Source: Armatimonadota bacterium
GTDB lineage: Bacteria > Armatimonadota > UBA5829 > DTLH01
NCBI GenBank assembly: GCA_039680575.1
Contig: JBDKSP010000021.1
Location: 29,430-93,429 of the forward strand
Length of the DNA stretch: 64,000 nt
Direction of reading: 5' to 3'
The position numbers and the translations under genes are program-made. The notes under the pieces were generated by a model. That model saw only the letters and a program-made list of their open reading frames with translations, was not told the origin of the DNA and made no database searches. The first letter of the stretch is position 1. Every line of letters starts with the position of its first letter. Shown here one piece after another: positions 1-9,911 of this stretch.

Positions 1-1033
1 TAAGATCGTCTATTTCTTTTCTGCTGTAACCGGCGCAGCCAGGGAGAGTAATACCCTTAACCTGCCCGCCGGACTCCGCAGTGTTCTTGAAGACCTGGAA
101 ATCGGTCGTTCCGGCAATATCAGTAAGGTTATAGAGCTCCATTCCGAACCTGAGGTCTGGCTTGTCCGAGCCGTAGCGCTCCATTACCTCATTATAGGAA
201 TATCTCGGGAACGGTACAGGGAACTTGATCTTCTTATCTGAGAGCTTTTCGACCATCTGAGAATGGAGATCATCCATGAGCTCGAAAACGTCTTCCTGCT
301 TGATGAAACTCATCTCCAGGTCGAGTTGTGTGAACTCAGGCTGGCGGTCGGCTCGTGGGTCCTCGTCCCTGAAACATCTGGCTATCTGGAAATAGCGTTC
401 GAAACCCGCAACCATCAGAAGCTGCTTGAGCTGCTGAGGAGACTGCGGAAGCGCGTAGAACGAACCAGGATAAAGCCTTGCGGGCACAAGATAGTCTCTT
501 GCGCCTTCCGGTGTGCTCTTGATGAGAACTGGAGTCTCGACCTCGATAAAATTGTGCTCGTCCATGAAGTCTCGAATGAGCTTCACGATCTTGTGACGGA
601 GGAATATCCTATGCTGCATATTGGGTCGGCGCAGGTCGAGATAACGGTACTTCATACGGATCATCTCGTCCACGTCGATCTGGTCTGAGATAGGGAAGGG
701 CGGCGTCTTGGCGGTATTAAGCACTTCGATAGCGGACACTTCTACCTCGACTTCGCCGGTCTTCAGATGCGGGTTCTCGGTCCCTTCGGGGCGCAGTCGT
801 ATCTTGCCGGTAATCTCCAGAACGTATTCGCCTCGCACTCCTTCAGCGACTTTGAATGGGTCAGGAGTCTTTACCGGGTCGATGACCGTTTGGATGATTC
901 CCGTCCTGTCGCGAAGGTCGATGAATATCAAGCCGCCGTGGTCACGAATCCGCTGAACCCAGCCGTTAAGCCGGATTTCCTGACCTGTCTGATCGGCTGT
1001 AACCTCGCCGCACCACACTGTTCTTTTTAGCAT
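1..1033 (-). CDS. aspS: Aspartate--tRNA ligase (5' part; runs off the window start), probably non-discriminating Asp/Asn type
   Basis: Not in the ORF track. Manual reverse-strand translation from ATG at 1033 gives MLKRTVWCGEV...GWVQRIRDHGGLIFIDLRD...KQLLMVAGFERYFQIARCFRDEDPRADRQPEFTQLDLEMSF. Overlaps the hisS stop by 7 nt. Confidence 0.96.
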   Translation of the reverse strand, partial: MLKRTVWCGEVTADQTGQEIRLNGWVQRIRDHGGLIFIDLRDRTGIIQTVIDPVKTPDPFKVAEGVRGEYVLEITGKIRLRPEGTENPHLKTGEVEVEVSAIEVLNTAKTPPFPISDQIDVDEMIRMKYRYLDLRRPNMQHRIFLRHKIVKLIRDFMDEHNFIEVETPVLIKSTPEGARDYLVPARLYPGSFYALPQSPQQLKQLLMVAGFERYFQIARCFRDEDPRADRQPEFTQLDLEMSFIKQEDVFELMDDLHSQMVEKLSDKKIKFPVPFPRYSYNEVMERYGSDKPDLRFGMELYNLTDIAGTTDFQVFKNTAESGGQVKGITLPGCAGYSRKEIDDL

Positions 1034-2280
1034 ACTGCCTCCACAACTTTATCGATAGGGACTTCCCGCTGCTCTTTTGCAAGCATATCTCTCACGGATA
1101 CTACGCCCTTTTTGATCTCATCTTCACCGATTATCAATACGAACTTCGCGCCGAGTTTGTCAGCAAGTTTCATCTGTGACTTGAGGCTCCTTCCGGTAAA
1201 ATCGGTTTCTGCTGATATACCATTATCTCTCAGGTCATAAATAAGCCTGATTGCCGCTTCACGCGCTTCGTTTCCCATTACAGCGAGGAAAACACTCGGT
1301 CTGGTATCCACTTCAAGGTCGATCCCGAGCTTTTCGAGTGTCAGGAGGAGCCTCTCCATACCCAGCCCGAAACCGAGCGATGGAGTAGGGGAGCCGCCCA
1401 TTTCTTCGATCATCATATCGTACCGCCCGCCGCCGCAAATGGTGTTTTGCGCGCCGAGGTGAGGAGTCTGGAACTCGAATATCGTCCTCGTGTAGTAGTC
1501 GAGCCCTCGAACAAGGTGCGGATCTAGCACATAAGGGATATTCAGCGCTGTCAGATAGCTCTTTACCGTCTCAAAGTGCGTCTTGCAGTCGTCGCAGATT
1601 ATATCCACAATCACAGGAGCATCAGCGAGGAGTTCCCTGCAGTGCTCATCCTTGCAATCGAGCATTCTAAGCGGGTTTTGTTCGTATCTCACCTGACATG
1701 TCGGACAGAGCTCTTTTACAAAAGGTGCTGCGAACTTGCGGAGCGCCTCTCGATATGTCGGGCGGTCTTCCGGGCCGCCGATTGAGTTTAGCCGCAGTTC
1801 TACGCCCGTAATTCCGAGGTCTTTGAAGAACTTCCACGCAAGAGAGATCACCTCGACATCGGCTGACGGGTCAGCAGCGCCGATCATCTCAAGCCCCATC
1901 TGGTTGTGCTCTCTGTAGCGCCCGGATTGAGGCCGTTCATAGCGGAAAATCCGGCTGAAATAGTAAAGTTTCGATACAGGTAGTTCTGTACCAAGATTGT
2001 GTTCCAGATAAGCCCGTACCGTGGGAGGCGTACCTTCCGGTTTAAGCGTCAGGCTTCGTCCGCCCTGATCGGTAAAAGTATACATCTGCTTTGTGACGAT
2101 ATCCGTCGTCTTACCCGTGTGGCGAGTAAAAAGCTCAGTCTCTTCGAATGTTGGAGTCCGTATCTCCCTGAAGTCGAAAAGCCTGCATATTTCCCTGAAT
2201 TTATTCTCAATAAACTGCCAACGCGGGGTTGCAGACGGTAAGACATCCTGCGTTCCCCGCGGCGCATTGAACCTGGTCAT
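1027..2280 (-). CDS. hisS: Histidine--tRNA ligase
   Basis: Motifs PRGTQD, TPTFEETELF, FRYERPQSGRYRE, LVRGLDYYT, GGGRYD and GFGLGMER. Start moved to ATG 2280, which follows a GGAGGAG Shine-Dalgarno (SD). Confidence 0.97.
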   Translation of the reverse strand: MTRFNAPRGTQDVLPSATPRWQFIENKFREICRLFDFREIRTPTFEETELFTRHTGKTTDIVTKQMYTFTDQGGRSLTLKPEGTPPTVRAYLEHNLGTELPVSKLYYFSRIFRYERPQSGRYREHNQMGLEMIGAADPSADVEVISLAWKFFKDLGITGVELRLNSIGGPEDRPTYREALRKFAAPFVKELCPTCQVRYEQNPLRMLDCKDEHCRELLADAPVIVDIICDDCKTHFETVKSYLTALNIPYVLDPHLVRGLDYYTRTIFEFQTPHLGAQNTICGGGRYDMMIEEMGGSPTPSLGFGLGMERLLLTLEKLGIDLEVDTRPSVFLAVMGNEAREAAIRLIYDLRDNGISAETDFTGRSLKSQMKLADKLGAKFVLIIGEDEIKKGVVSVRDMLAKEQREVPIDKVVEAVC

Positions 2281-2360
2281 TTTATAATAGCTCCTCCACA
2301 TGATATTAGCCAAAATGCCTTATTGTGTCAAACTGCAGGAGTTTGTAAAGAGCTCAGGGT

Positions 2361-2450
2361 TGATGAGAATAGCATCATGCTGGATTATCACAACGTCATG
2401 CTGAGCTTGACTCAGCATCCAGGAAGAAAATGGACCCTGAATCAAGTTCA
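2361..2450 (+). repeat. Palindromic intergenic repeat, copy A
   Basis: CACAACGTCATGCTGAGCTTGACTCAGCATCCAGGAAGAAAATGGACCCTGAATC is near-identical to the sequence at ~12155-12209. Its first part recurs in reverse orientation at ~9800-9835. Confidence 0.9.
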
Positions 2451-2627
2451 AAGCGAATGCGTCTAAATTTTGAAACGCGAATTACGCGGATTTAACGGAT
2501 TTTGCGATTCAGAATCTTTGGTAACGATTCGAAATAAGAGCGTTTGCCCTCCAAACTGCCTCTAGCCACATCGTATCCCAACTGATAAAATAACAACTGT
2601 ATTCGATTAAATAGACAGCAGGTTGTT

Positions 2628-3542
2628 ATGGCTGATAAATACTATGTTGCCGGGATCGACGGCGGCGGGTCTAAAACAGAATGCGCGATAGTGGACCAGG
2701 ACGGGCTTTGTGTGGCCATCGGCCTCGGTGGTCCTTCTAATATTTTTTATGCGGATATTTCAAATGTAATCGAGTCTCTCGATACAGCCATGGCTTCCGC
2801 AATTGAAAACGCTGGTGAACACGTGAAAGTCGTACTCACCGGATGCACTCACCGGGCAGCGCGAATTCCCGAAGTTAAGGCTCGGATATCGGAACGCCTG
2901 GGCGGGGATGTCCGCCTGTATACTGAGGGGGAAGCCGCGCTGGGAAGCGCCGGGTTTTCAGAGCGTTTCGGGATAGCTCTCATCGCAGGTACCGGCAGCA
3001 GCGCATTCGGATTTACACGTGATGGAAAGCGCTGCCGTGCCGGAGGGTGGGGGATGCTCTTGGGCGACGAAGGCAGCGCGTATGATATTGCCGTAAGCGG
3101 GCTAAGGTCCGCCACGCGGATGATGGACGGAAGAGGCCCGAAAACGGTAATTCTCGACCGTGCCTGCGAGCACTTCTGTATTTCCCCCGGCTTTGAGTCC
3201 TTCGTTCAGTTCTTCAAGGGTACGCCGAGGGATAAAATTGCATCGTTTGCGCCGATGGTCACAGCCGCTGCTCGTGAAGGCGATACGGCAGCTGAAACGA
3301 TTGTTTCTAATGCCGCAAGGGACCTTGCGGAGTGTGTCATCGCATTAGCGCGTAAGCTATTCTCACAGGATGATGAATTCCCGGTAGCGCTTCACGGCGG
3401 AGTTATGCGTGACAGCAGGACGGCGGAATGCATAACCGAGTTGATAAAAGAAAGATACCCTAATGCCGATGTCCGCACTCCGATATACAGTCCCGGTGTC
3501 GGGCTCGCGCTTTTTACACTGAATGATATGGTAGGTGGATAA
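2628..3542 (+). CDS. BadF/BadG/BcrA/BcrD-family sugar kinase (N-acetylglucosamine kinase-like)
   Basis: Motifs GIDGGGSKT, IAGTGS and GGWGMLLGDEGSAY. Confidence 0.88.
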   Translation: MADKYYVAGIDGGGSKTECAIVDQDGLCVAIGLGGPSNIFYADISNVIESLDTAMASAIENAGEHVKVVLTGCTHRAARIPEVKARISERLGGDVRLYTEGEAALGSAGFSERFGIALIAGTGSSAFGFTRDGKRCRAGGWGMLLGDEGSAYDIAVSGLRSATRMMDGRGPKTVILDRACEHFCISPGFESFVQFFKGTPRDKIASFAPMVTAAAREGDTAAETIVSNAARDLAECVIALARKLFSQDDEFPVALHGGVMRDSRTAECITELIKERYPNADVRTPIYSPGVGLALFTLNDMVGG

Positions 3543-4737
3543 TTTGGTTGATGTCTTATTTGAAATTGGTCCAAAAATCATCCAAGAGGAGAATATCGAC
3601 GGTTATAAACGGATAACCGGAGAGTTTTGGACAGCTCGCCAGAGGCAGATGCACTCCATCCACTACGCCGTGTCATACCGCGCGTCTTTCAAGCCGGAAT
3701 TGCCGAATTATTTTATAAACCGTTATTGCAGCGACTATAAAAATGACATGGTGCTCGACCCGTTCGGCGGCCGAGGTACAACAATATTGGAAGCCAATAT
3801 TCTCGGTTTTTCAGGCTATTCGAACGATGTGAACCCGCTTTCCGAACGGATCGCTCGCCCGAAATGCCGCCCGGTTACGCTGGAAGAGGCCAGTAAGCAT
3901 TTAGATCGGATCGATTTCAACGCCGATGTCGATATCAGCGATTACAGCGACTTTTCGCCCTTTTATCACATAGACACATACCGGGAGATGCTTGCGCTGA
4001 AGGAGTATCTGAAGAAAAACAGGTCGGACGCTGATTGCTTTATAGAGATGATAGCCCTTTCTCGCCTGCATGGACACTCGAGAGGCTTCTTTTCGGTCTA
4101 TTCATTTCCTCAAATATCCATTCTAAGTGCCGCGCAGGCAAGGATCAATGAGCAGCGGAACCAGACTCCCGAATACAGGCAGGTCAAGCCGCTTATTTAC
4201 CAGAAAGCAAAGAGAGTCCTAAAGGATTTCACCGGAGAAGAGATCGTAAAGCTGAATGAAACGGCCGCAAGGAACATCTTCACCTGCGAAGACAGCCGGA
4301 ATATGGCCAGCATACCCCAGGACTCTGTCACGCTTATAGTCACTTCACCTCCGTTTCTGAATAAAGCCGACTATATTCAGGATAACCGGCTCGAGTTCTG
4401 GTTCCTGGGCATAGATCCTGAACCGCTGAAAGAGAAAGTAGTCCAGACCAAAAATCTCGATGAATGGATAGAGTTTATGAGGGACAGTATCCGGGAGATG
4501 TATCGGGTGTTGAGGACCGGCGGGGTCGCTGTGATAGAGGTCGGGGATGTGAAGCATAAAGGACATACGATTAATCTGGATGAGGTAATCGTCGAGCTTG
4601 GTAAAGAGGCCGGGTTCAGTGTCGTCGAGGTACTGATAAATTTCCAGCAGTTCACGAAACTCGCAAACTGCTTCAATGTAGATAACATGAGCAAGGGAAC
4701 GAACACAAACCGCCTCGTTATCATCAGAAAGGATTGA
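3535..4737 (+). CDS. Site-specific DNA amino-methyltransferase (probably N4-cytosine)
   Basis: SAM-binding VLDPFGGRGTT precedes catalytic VTSPPF, followed by YRVLRTGG. The GTG start overlaps the upstream kinase by 8 nt. Confidence 0.85.
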   Translation: MDNLVDVLFEIGPKIIQEENIDGYKRITGEFWTARQRQMHSIHYAVSYRASFKPELPNYFINRYCSDYKNDMVLDPFGGRGTTILEANILGFSGYSNDVNPLSERIARPKCRPVTLEEASKHLDRIDFNADVDISDYSDFSPFYHIDTYREMLALKEYLKKNRSDADCFIEMIALSRLHGHSRGFFSVYSFPQISILSAAQARINEQRNQTPEYRQVKPLIYQKAKRVLKDFTGEEIVKLNETAARNIFTCEDSRNMASIPQDSVTLIVTSPPFLNKADYIQDNRLEFWFLGIDPEPLKEKVVQTKNLDEWIEFMRDSIREMYRVLRTGGVAVIEVGDVKHKGHTINLDEVIVELGKEAGFSVVEVLINFQQFTKLANCFNVDNMSKGTNTNRLVIIRKD

Positions 4738-4788
4738 GTTTCCATACCCAGCGGTATAAGTAAACGGCATCCTTAAACGGAGGGAAAC

Positions 4789-5067
4789 ATGTCGTTACCG
4801 TATTACGGCGGGATGAGGCACATTCATACCACTTCCGACAGATTCGATCAGGCCTGTGGCGAGATAAGACGACTATCCGATGAAGATGTGGGGCGGGTCT
4901 TGGAGTTTATATACGGATTGAAGCGGGAACGCGGAGATGTGACCGGAAAAGCCGCAGGAAACCCGGAGTTGCTTGTAGGACACGCTGGTAAGTTCAGTTT
5001 TAATGCGGGTGAAACCGAAACCCTGCTCAAAATGGTGCTCGAAGCAAGGGAGACGGTTTCCGAATGA
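4789..5067 (+). CDS. Small putative antitoxin-like protein
   Basis: GGAGG SD. LSDEDVGRVLEFIYGLK helix typical of small PIN-partner proteins. ATGA overlap with the downstream PIN gene. Confidence 0.6.
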   Translation: MSLPYYGGMRHIHTTSDRFDQACGEIRRLSDEDVGRVLEFIYGLKRERGDVTGKAAGNPELLVGHAGKFSFNAGETETLLKMVLEARETVSE

Positions 5068-5468
5068 AGGAATACATACTCGACATCGACCACATGGTCG
5101 GGCTGATGGCCGGCAATGAGACACTTGTCAGGCGGATCGGTAAGGTCAAAAAGGAAGAAAGCCGCTTCGGAATAACACTTGCGATCCTTGGCGGCCTCTA
5201 TTTTCTTGTTCGATCAAGCCAGCAGATGGACATCAATATGGCCGCACTGACGGAACTTGTAAGTGACCTGCAGATATGGGAGTTCGACAGAGGCTCAGCG
5301 GAGATCACAGGTGAAATATTGACCCAGATGCACTCGCTGAACCGCCCAATAACCCCGATAGAAGCGCAGATAGCCGCCGTTGCCCGACAAAGGCAGGCTG
5401 TGCTCCTTACGGGGCTTGAACGCTTCATCTATGTCCGCGATATTGAACTTCAGAACTGGCTGCGGTGA
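5064..5468 (+). CDS. PIN-domain (VapC-like) protein with a degenerate active site
   Basis: Pattern YILD...GLYF...IAAVARQRQAVLLT...F..V.DIELQNW matches the VapC scaffold. Confidence 0.8.
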   Translation: MKEYILDIDHMVGLMAGNETLVRRIGKVKKEESRFGITLAILGGLYFLVRSSQQMDINMAALTELVSDLQIWEFDRGSAEITGEILTQMHSLNRPITPIEAQIAAVARQRQAVLLTGLERFIYVRDIELQNWLR

Positions 5469-5487
5469 AGATTGGTATCTTATTGCC

Positions 5488-7419
5488 TTATTGTTCAGTC
5501 ATTACCCAATCCAATTCCTCTTTGGTCAATTCTGGAGTAATTTCCACCGTGTCGGTATCGAAATCGACGGTAACGGTCGTTCCATCTGCAAAAGTTGTCC
5601 TCTGTTTGCGGCGATCCGGGTCAAGGAACTCATGCTTTGTCATCTCGAGCAGTCCCACACGCTTGTTAAGCCCGCAAGCCATTCGAACCCGGCTTAATTG
5701 CTCCTCTGATAAGTCCGGGGAAATGTATGGAATCCCCGCGTGCAATAGGCCTTGCAGGTAACCTTTAGTCTCTTTTCCCTTAGGCCAGGGTATAAATATT
5801 GATTCATGATATACGAGGCTGATGAGGGGTATCGTGACCCCTATAGTTGGTCCCTCTCCGGGTCCAGGGTGGTCTTCCGCATATGGGGCGTGATGCACCA
5901 GATCGAGATATGGAATAGCCCAGTCGGTCGGTTCCTCAGAACTTACTATACCGACCAGCGAGCTGATAATATTGAAGCATTCCGCTCTGTATTTGAGGCA
6001 CGTGGCGCGTGACATCGGATGATTCGGGTCATAACACTCATCTCCCGGCACGATAGAGAAAACATCGAGGTAAGCGCCCTTCAGCTTTATGCCGTGACGA
6101 AGTATTTCGCTGTGGTTTCTCATCACATAACCGGGTGAAAAGCTGGTGCACAGTATACTCTGCGGTCCGCCGGTCCATGTGGCTTCGTATGGATGGCTCC
6201 CGTCTTCGCGGATGATGCTTCGCTTTGGATCATAAGAAGCTGCATCAAGATAGTAGTCACGGTAATTGTCATGGATCGCGTAGATAAACCCCAGCTTATC
6301 GCATACATCCGCGTATTTTCTCATGCCGTCCCAACCACCGGCTTCAGGAGACGGTGGAAGGATATCCGGGTGTTGATTGTCGTAACCGCGGTATCCCCAG
6401 CCGTCCTGATGTATGTATAGCCTTTTGATCCCCTGTGCAGCTATGTTTTTTATCTCTTCAGTGCGTTCGATAAAGCTGTGAGTCCTGTCATTCGCTGCCG
6501 GATCATCTTTTACATAATAATATGACTTAGGATTACAATGCCAGGTGATGAAATCAGTGTGGAAGACGGGTGAGCCGATAAGTTTTTCAACAAGAGGCTT
6601 GCGCGCAATCTTCTCTTCGAGTGAGACGAAACGTCCTTTGTCTTTCACATACTGCCTGTAGCGTTTTGCCATATCGACATAACTGCCATTATCTATAAAG
6701 CACATTCGCAGCCGCCGGACATAACTCATCCTGCCGAGAGAATGAAGCCATTTAGATTCTATGAACGTAGGTCCTCCTGCGGGATGCGTGAAATTGCATC
6801 CGACGTCATCAGGCGTTTCGAATATCACCAAAACAGAGGAGTTGGCTTTCTGGTGTCCCCACCAGGGCATACCGAGCCCTCTTCCGTAACATGTGCTTGG
6901 TTCATGCAGCCACGCCTTGCTGGGCCAATCATTAGGAAGCAGCATTCCCTGCATAAAAGGGACTACCGTGAAGTCGTTTTCTTCCGGTTTGAATGCTTTC
7001 GGCCAACGGCACTTCTCGATTACGGCCGAAGACTCTTTCGGCACAATGCTGAAGACAAGGTCTTCGGTTGTACCATCCAAAGCGGCGATAAGCTGCAGCT
7101 CGAAGTCCAGGGTATTGCCATTATGCTCGAAACCGCTCAGAGCGATCTTCAACCCGGTTGCTGATCCGGTATCGTAATGAGAAATATCGATTTTACCGGC
7201 GTCTGTCATGCTGAGGGAAAAGCTTTCCCCGCCAGATGCCACGGTCAGGTCCATCTCATTGGCTGGAAGCATAGTCCACTTGCCGGTTTTGGTCTCGACA
7301 GTCATCTCAAAATTAGAACCATCAAGAACGACAGAGTGCAGCTTACCGGCAATTACCCATTTGCCGCCGTCTTCTCGGACGGAGATAGTCTTATTCGATA
7401 AATAATCCGCTGGTTGCAT
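5488..7419 (-). CDS. Glycoside hydrolase, GH129/GH101-like (alpha-N-acetylgalactosaminidase-like)
   Basis: Motifs DGWGYRGYDNQHPDILPP, AGGWDGM, HDNYRDYY, GAYLDVFS and SSEE. Confidence 0.75.
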   Translation of the reverse strand: MQPADYLSNKTISVREDGGKWVIAGKLHSVVLDGSNFEMTVETKTGKWTMLPANEMDLTVASGGESFSLSMTDAGKIDISHYDTGSATGLKIALSGFEHNGNTLDFELQLIAALDGTTEDLVFSIVPKESSAVIEKCRWPKAFKPEENDFTVVPFMQGMLLPNDWPSKAWLHEPSTCYGRGLGMPWWGHQKANSSVLVIFETPDDVGCNFTHPAGGPTFIESKWLHSLGRMSYVRRLRMCFIDNGSYVDMAKRYRQYVKDKGRFVSLEEKIARKPLVEKLIGSPVFHTDFITWHCNPKSYYYVKDDPAANDRTHSFIERTEEIKNIAAQGIKRLYIHQDGWGYRGYDNQHPDILPPSPEAGGWDGMRKYADVCDKLGFIYAIHDNYRDYYLDAASYDPKRSIIREDGSHPYEATWTGGPQSILCTSFSPGYVMRNHSEILRHGIKLKGAYLDVFSIVPGDECYDPNHPMSRATCLKYRAECFNIISSLVGIVSSEEPTDWAIPYLDLVHHAPYAEDHPGPGEGPTIGVTIPLISLVYHESIFIPWPKGKETKGYLQGLLHAGIPYISPDLSEEQLSRVRMACGLNKRVGLLEMTKHEFLDPDRRKQRTTFADGTTVTVDFDTDTVEITPELTKEELDWVMTEQ

Positions 7420-7440
7420 ATTACCTCTTATACCTTATAC

Positions 7441-8433
7441 TTATTGTCCGATGCTGTGTTCGACCATCATGCCGATAAAGTATCCTGCAGCGCCCAGCAT
7501 CAATGCACCACTCATGCCTTGAAAAAGGACCGCGGAAATATCAGATCCATTTATAAGTGCGGGAACACCGTGGCCGAGAAGCCCAAGCAAGAAGCCGGTT
7601 TTAACGCCGGTCATATCGTTGCCGCAAGTAAATCCGACCCAAAACCCGACTATAGCGCCGAGAATGATTCCCTCTATCGCCAGAAATGGGAGGTTCATCG
7701 ATATAAGGAAGAACCTCAGCATGAAACCTGCCCCCAAAATCCCTACCGGCCCAGCAATTATACCATAGATTATACCGGCTTTTATCATACTGCGCTGCGC
7801 CTGCCGGGCTTTTTCATCAGATTCTCGTCCTCTAGCTTCCAGATGGCTCAAATCAGGGAGTTGGGGCGCTGCCGGAATCGGAGCGGACGGTATACCTACG
7901 GGTTGAAGGTCATCCAGCGGGGTATGAGCTGTCTTATTGCTGCAGGGAGCTGCGCCGCTGAGGTCAGCAGGCGTACAAGCCGTTGTCTGTGTAGTTGCTG
8001 CAGTATCAGCCTGATTATCGAGATGGTGAGGATACGCCTGCGGCTGCTCAGTAATCGGCGCCGCCTCCTGATCGCTCAATCTGTTCAGCGCTTCTGCCGC
8101 AGGCTGATAAGATGGGTCCGCATCTGCGGCATTTCGATACTCAGAGATAGCTTCTCTTATGCGGTCCGATTGTTCATAGGCTTTCCCAAGATTGTAATGG
8201 TTGCGGGCACTCGGTTCAATATTGACGGAGTGCTCAAACGCGGCGATTGCCATACCCCGGTTCCCGGATTGTGCGTAAGCAGCGCCGAGTATTGAATACG
8301 ATTTGGCATCGTCAGGGTATGCCTCCAAAATCTTTTCTGTGCATTTGATGCAGTCCTTAAGCTTTCCCTCGCGGAAAAGCTGCATAGCTATGTCTTCTGA
8401 AGCAGGTCCTGTATAATCATCATTATTACTCAT
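7441..8433 (-). CDS. TPR-repeat membrane protein
   Basis: N-terminal TPRs (YSILGAAY, HYNLGKAY), a Pro/Ala-rich linker and about 4 Gly-rich C-terminal TM segments. GGAGG SD. Confidence 0.8.
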   Translation of the reverse strand: MSNNDDYTGPASEDIAMQLFREGKLKDCIKCTEKILEAYPDDAKSYSILGAAYAQSGNRGMAIAAFEHSVNIEPSARNHYNLGKAYEQSDRIREAISEYRNAADADPSYQPAAEALNRLSDQEAAPITEQPQAYPHHLDNQADTAATTQTTACTPADLSGAAPCSNKTAHTPLDDLQPVGIPSAPIPAAPQLPDLSHLEARGRESDEKARQAQRSMIKAGIIYGIIAGPVGILGAGFMLRFFLISMNLPFLAIEGIILGAIVGFWVGFTCGNDMTGVKTGFLLGLLGHGVPALINGSDISAVLFQGMSGALMLGAAGYFIGMMVEHSIGQ

Positions 8434-8742
8434 CTTCCTGACACCTCCGAAAGGTTTTCAGCTATAATGGTTATAAGGCTGGTTATTGACTGAATAGCCG
8501 GATAATTGGTAAGCTCTGTTGAACTTGAATTCGATTTCCAATGGAGAATATCCTCCATACAGACAAAAATATACTGTTTGTAGTAATCAGTGTGTCATCA
8601 ACAAGATAAATAGCAACAGGGTCAACAATATATCCTTGAAAAGTACCCGATATAACACAGCAAATATCCGCGGAATATTGTCTCATTTATATAAGGGATT
8701 CCAGCGAAGGATATCCCAAACAAATGCAAGGAGGAGAGTGCA

Positions 8743-9645
8743 ATGCGATCATTTGTAATCGCGCTTGTCGTTGTCTGCCTGGTAGTTCTCTCTATCCCGC
8801 TGTATGCGCAGGCTACCACGCAGAATAGCGGCAATGAGGAGAAGGCGAAAGAATTATATCTCGCTGGGGAGAAATCTTACAAAGAAGGTAAACTGGAAGA
8901 AGCAATCGTAACCTGGAATAAGTCTCTCGATCTGAGTCCGAATAGTGAGGAAACTAAGAATTCCGTTGCAAAGGCAAAAGACGAGCTCTACAAAAATACA
9001 ATGGAATTTTGCAATGATCCCAATCAAAAGGATCTTGTGACTGCGTTTGTCAATCTGATCAGTATACAGGCATTGATCCCGGAGAAGGCAACTGAGTTTC
9101 AGGAAAAAGCGAAGGCGGTTGTCGGTAGGTTCGATAATGATCAGAAAAGGGCAACCATCTATTATCAGCAGTCGGTAAAGAAGACTAATGAGGGAGATTA
9201 TAACGTTGCTGCTCAGTATGCGACTATTTCCAAAATATACGCTCCTGACTCGGTTGCTGTCGGTAAGCTGATCGGTAAAATAAATGAAATCAGGGAAAAG
9301 AAAGCAACAGCGAATCCACCAAGTCAGCCGCAACCGGCTCAATCGTCTCATGTAGGCATTGGTAACGGTAAACCGAACTTGGTAATATTCTATGCAGACT
9401 GGTGCGCGGCACATGCAAAAATGTCTCCGATGCTCAAGGAACTGCAAGATCAATACAAAGACAAGGTGAATATCCTCTTTGTCGATGTCGATAATCAGTC
9501 GAATAAGGACATCCTGAAAAAGGACCCTATTAAAGGTGTTCCGCTTCAGGTTCTCTACGACAAGGATCAAAAGGAAGTGTTTAGCAACCTGGGTGAGATA
9601 ACGAAGGATCAACTGGTGGCCGAGTTGAACAAAGTAGCCGGGTAA
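8743..9645 (+). CDS. Secreted TPR + thioredoxin-fold protein
   Basis: Signal peptide, TPR-like helices and C-terminal FYADWCAAH...KVNILFVDVD...GVP. AGGAGG SD. Confidence 0.8.
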   Translation: MRSFVIALVVVCLVVLSIPLYAQATTQNSGNEEKAKELYLAGEKSYKEGKLEEAIVTWNKSLDLSPNSEETKNSVAKAKDELYKNTMEFCNDPNQKDLVTAFVNLISIQALIPEKATEFQEKAKAVVGRFDNDQKRATIYYQQSVKKTNEGDYNVAAQYATISKIYAPDSVAVGKLIGKINEIREKKATANPPSQPQPAQSSHVGIGNGKPNLVIFYADWCAAHAKMSPMLKELQDQYKDKVNILFVDVDNQSNKDILKKDPIKGVPLQVLYDKDQKEVFSNLGEITKDQLVAELNKVAG

Positions 9646-9677
9646 TCAACCCCTGAATTTATATATGTACAAAACAG

Positions 9678-9709
9678 GAGCCTCCCATAATCTTCAGGGA
9701 GGCTCTTTT
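9678..9709 (+). terminator. Rho-independent terminator
   Basis: GAGCCTCCC...GGGAGGCTC stem followed by TTTT, after the thioredoxin gene. Confidence 0.7.
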
Positions 9710-9739
9710 GCAACAGTCCACTCTTGCAAAAATTATATA

Positions 9740-9886
9740 TCACCCTGAGCAACCAGCACGTCACCCTTGAACTAAGGAGTTTTGGTATACCTGAAACTCT
9801 TCCTGGATGCTGAGTCAAGCTCAGCATGACGTTGTGGGCATTCCGAATGACGTAGTGTTCGTTCAGCATAATGCTATATTCATCAA
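9740..9886 (-). repeat. Palindromic intergenic repeat, copy B (inverted)
   Basis: Reverse complement reads TTGATGAATATAGCATTATGCTGAAC...CCACAACGTCATGCTGAGCTTGACTCAGCATCCAGGAAGAGTTTCAGGTATACCAAAACTCCTTAGTTCAAGGGTGACGTGCTGGTTGCTCAGGGTGA. Confidence 0.9.
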
Positions 9887-9911
9887 TTCTGAACGCTTAC
9901 GCTCTTTTTTA

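Noticed and set aside
263..1030. Plus-strand ORFs 263..688, 708..956 and 767..1030
   Set aside because: Antisense shadows of aspS.
7414..8295. 293-aa plus-strand ORF
   Set aside because: Antisense to the TPR membrane gene, which has an SD and recognisable motifs.
8854..9612. 252-aa minus-strand ORF
   Set aside because: Antisense to the TPR-thioredoxin gene, with no motifs of its own.
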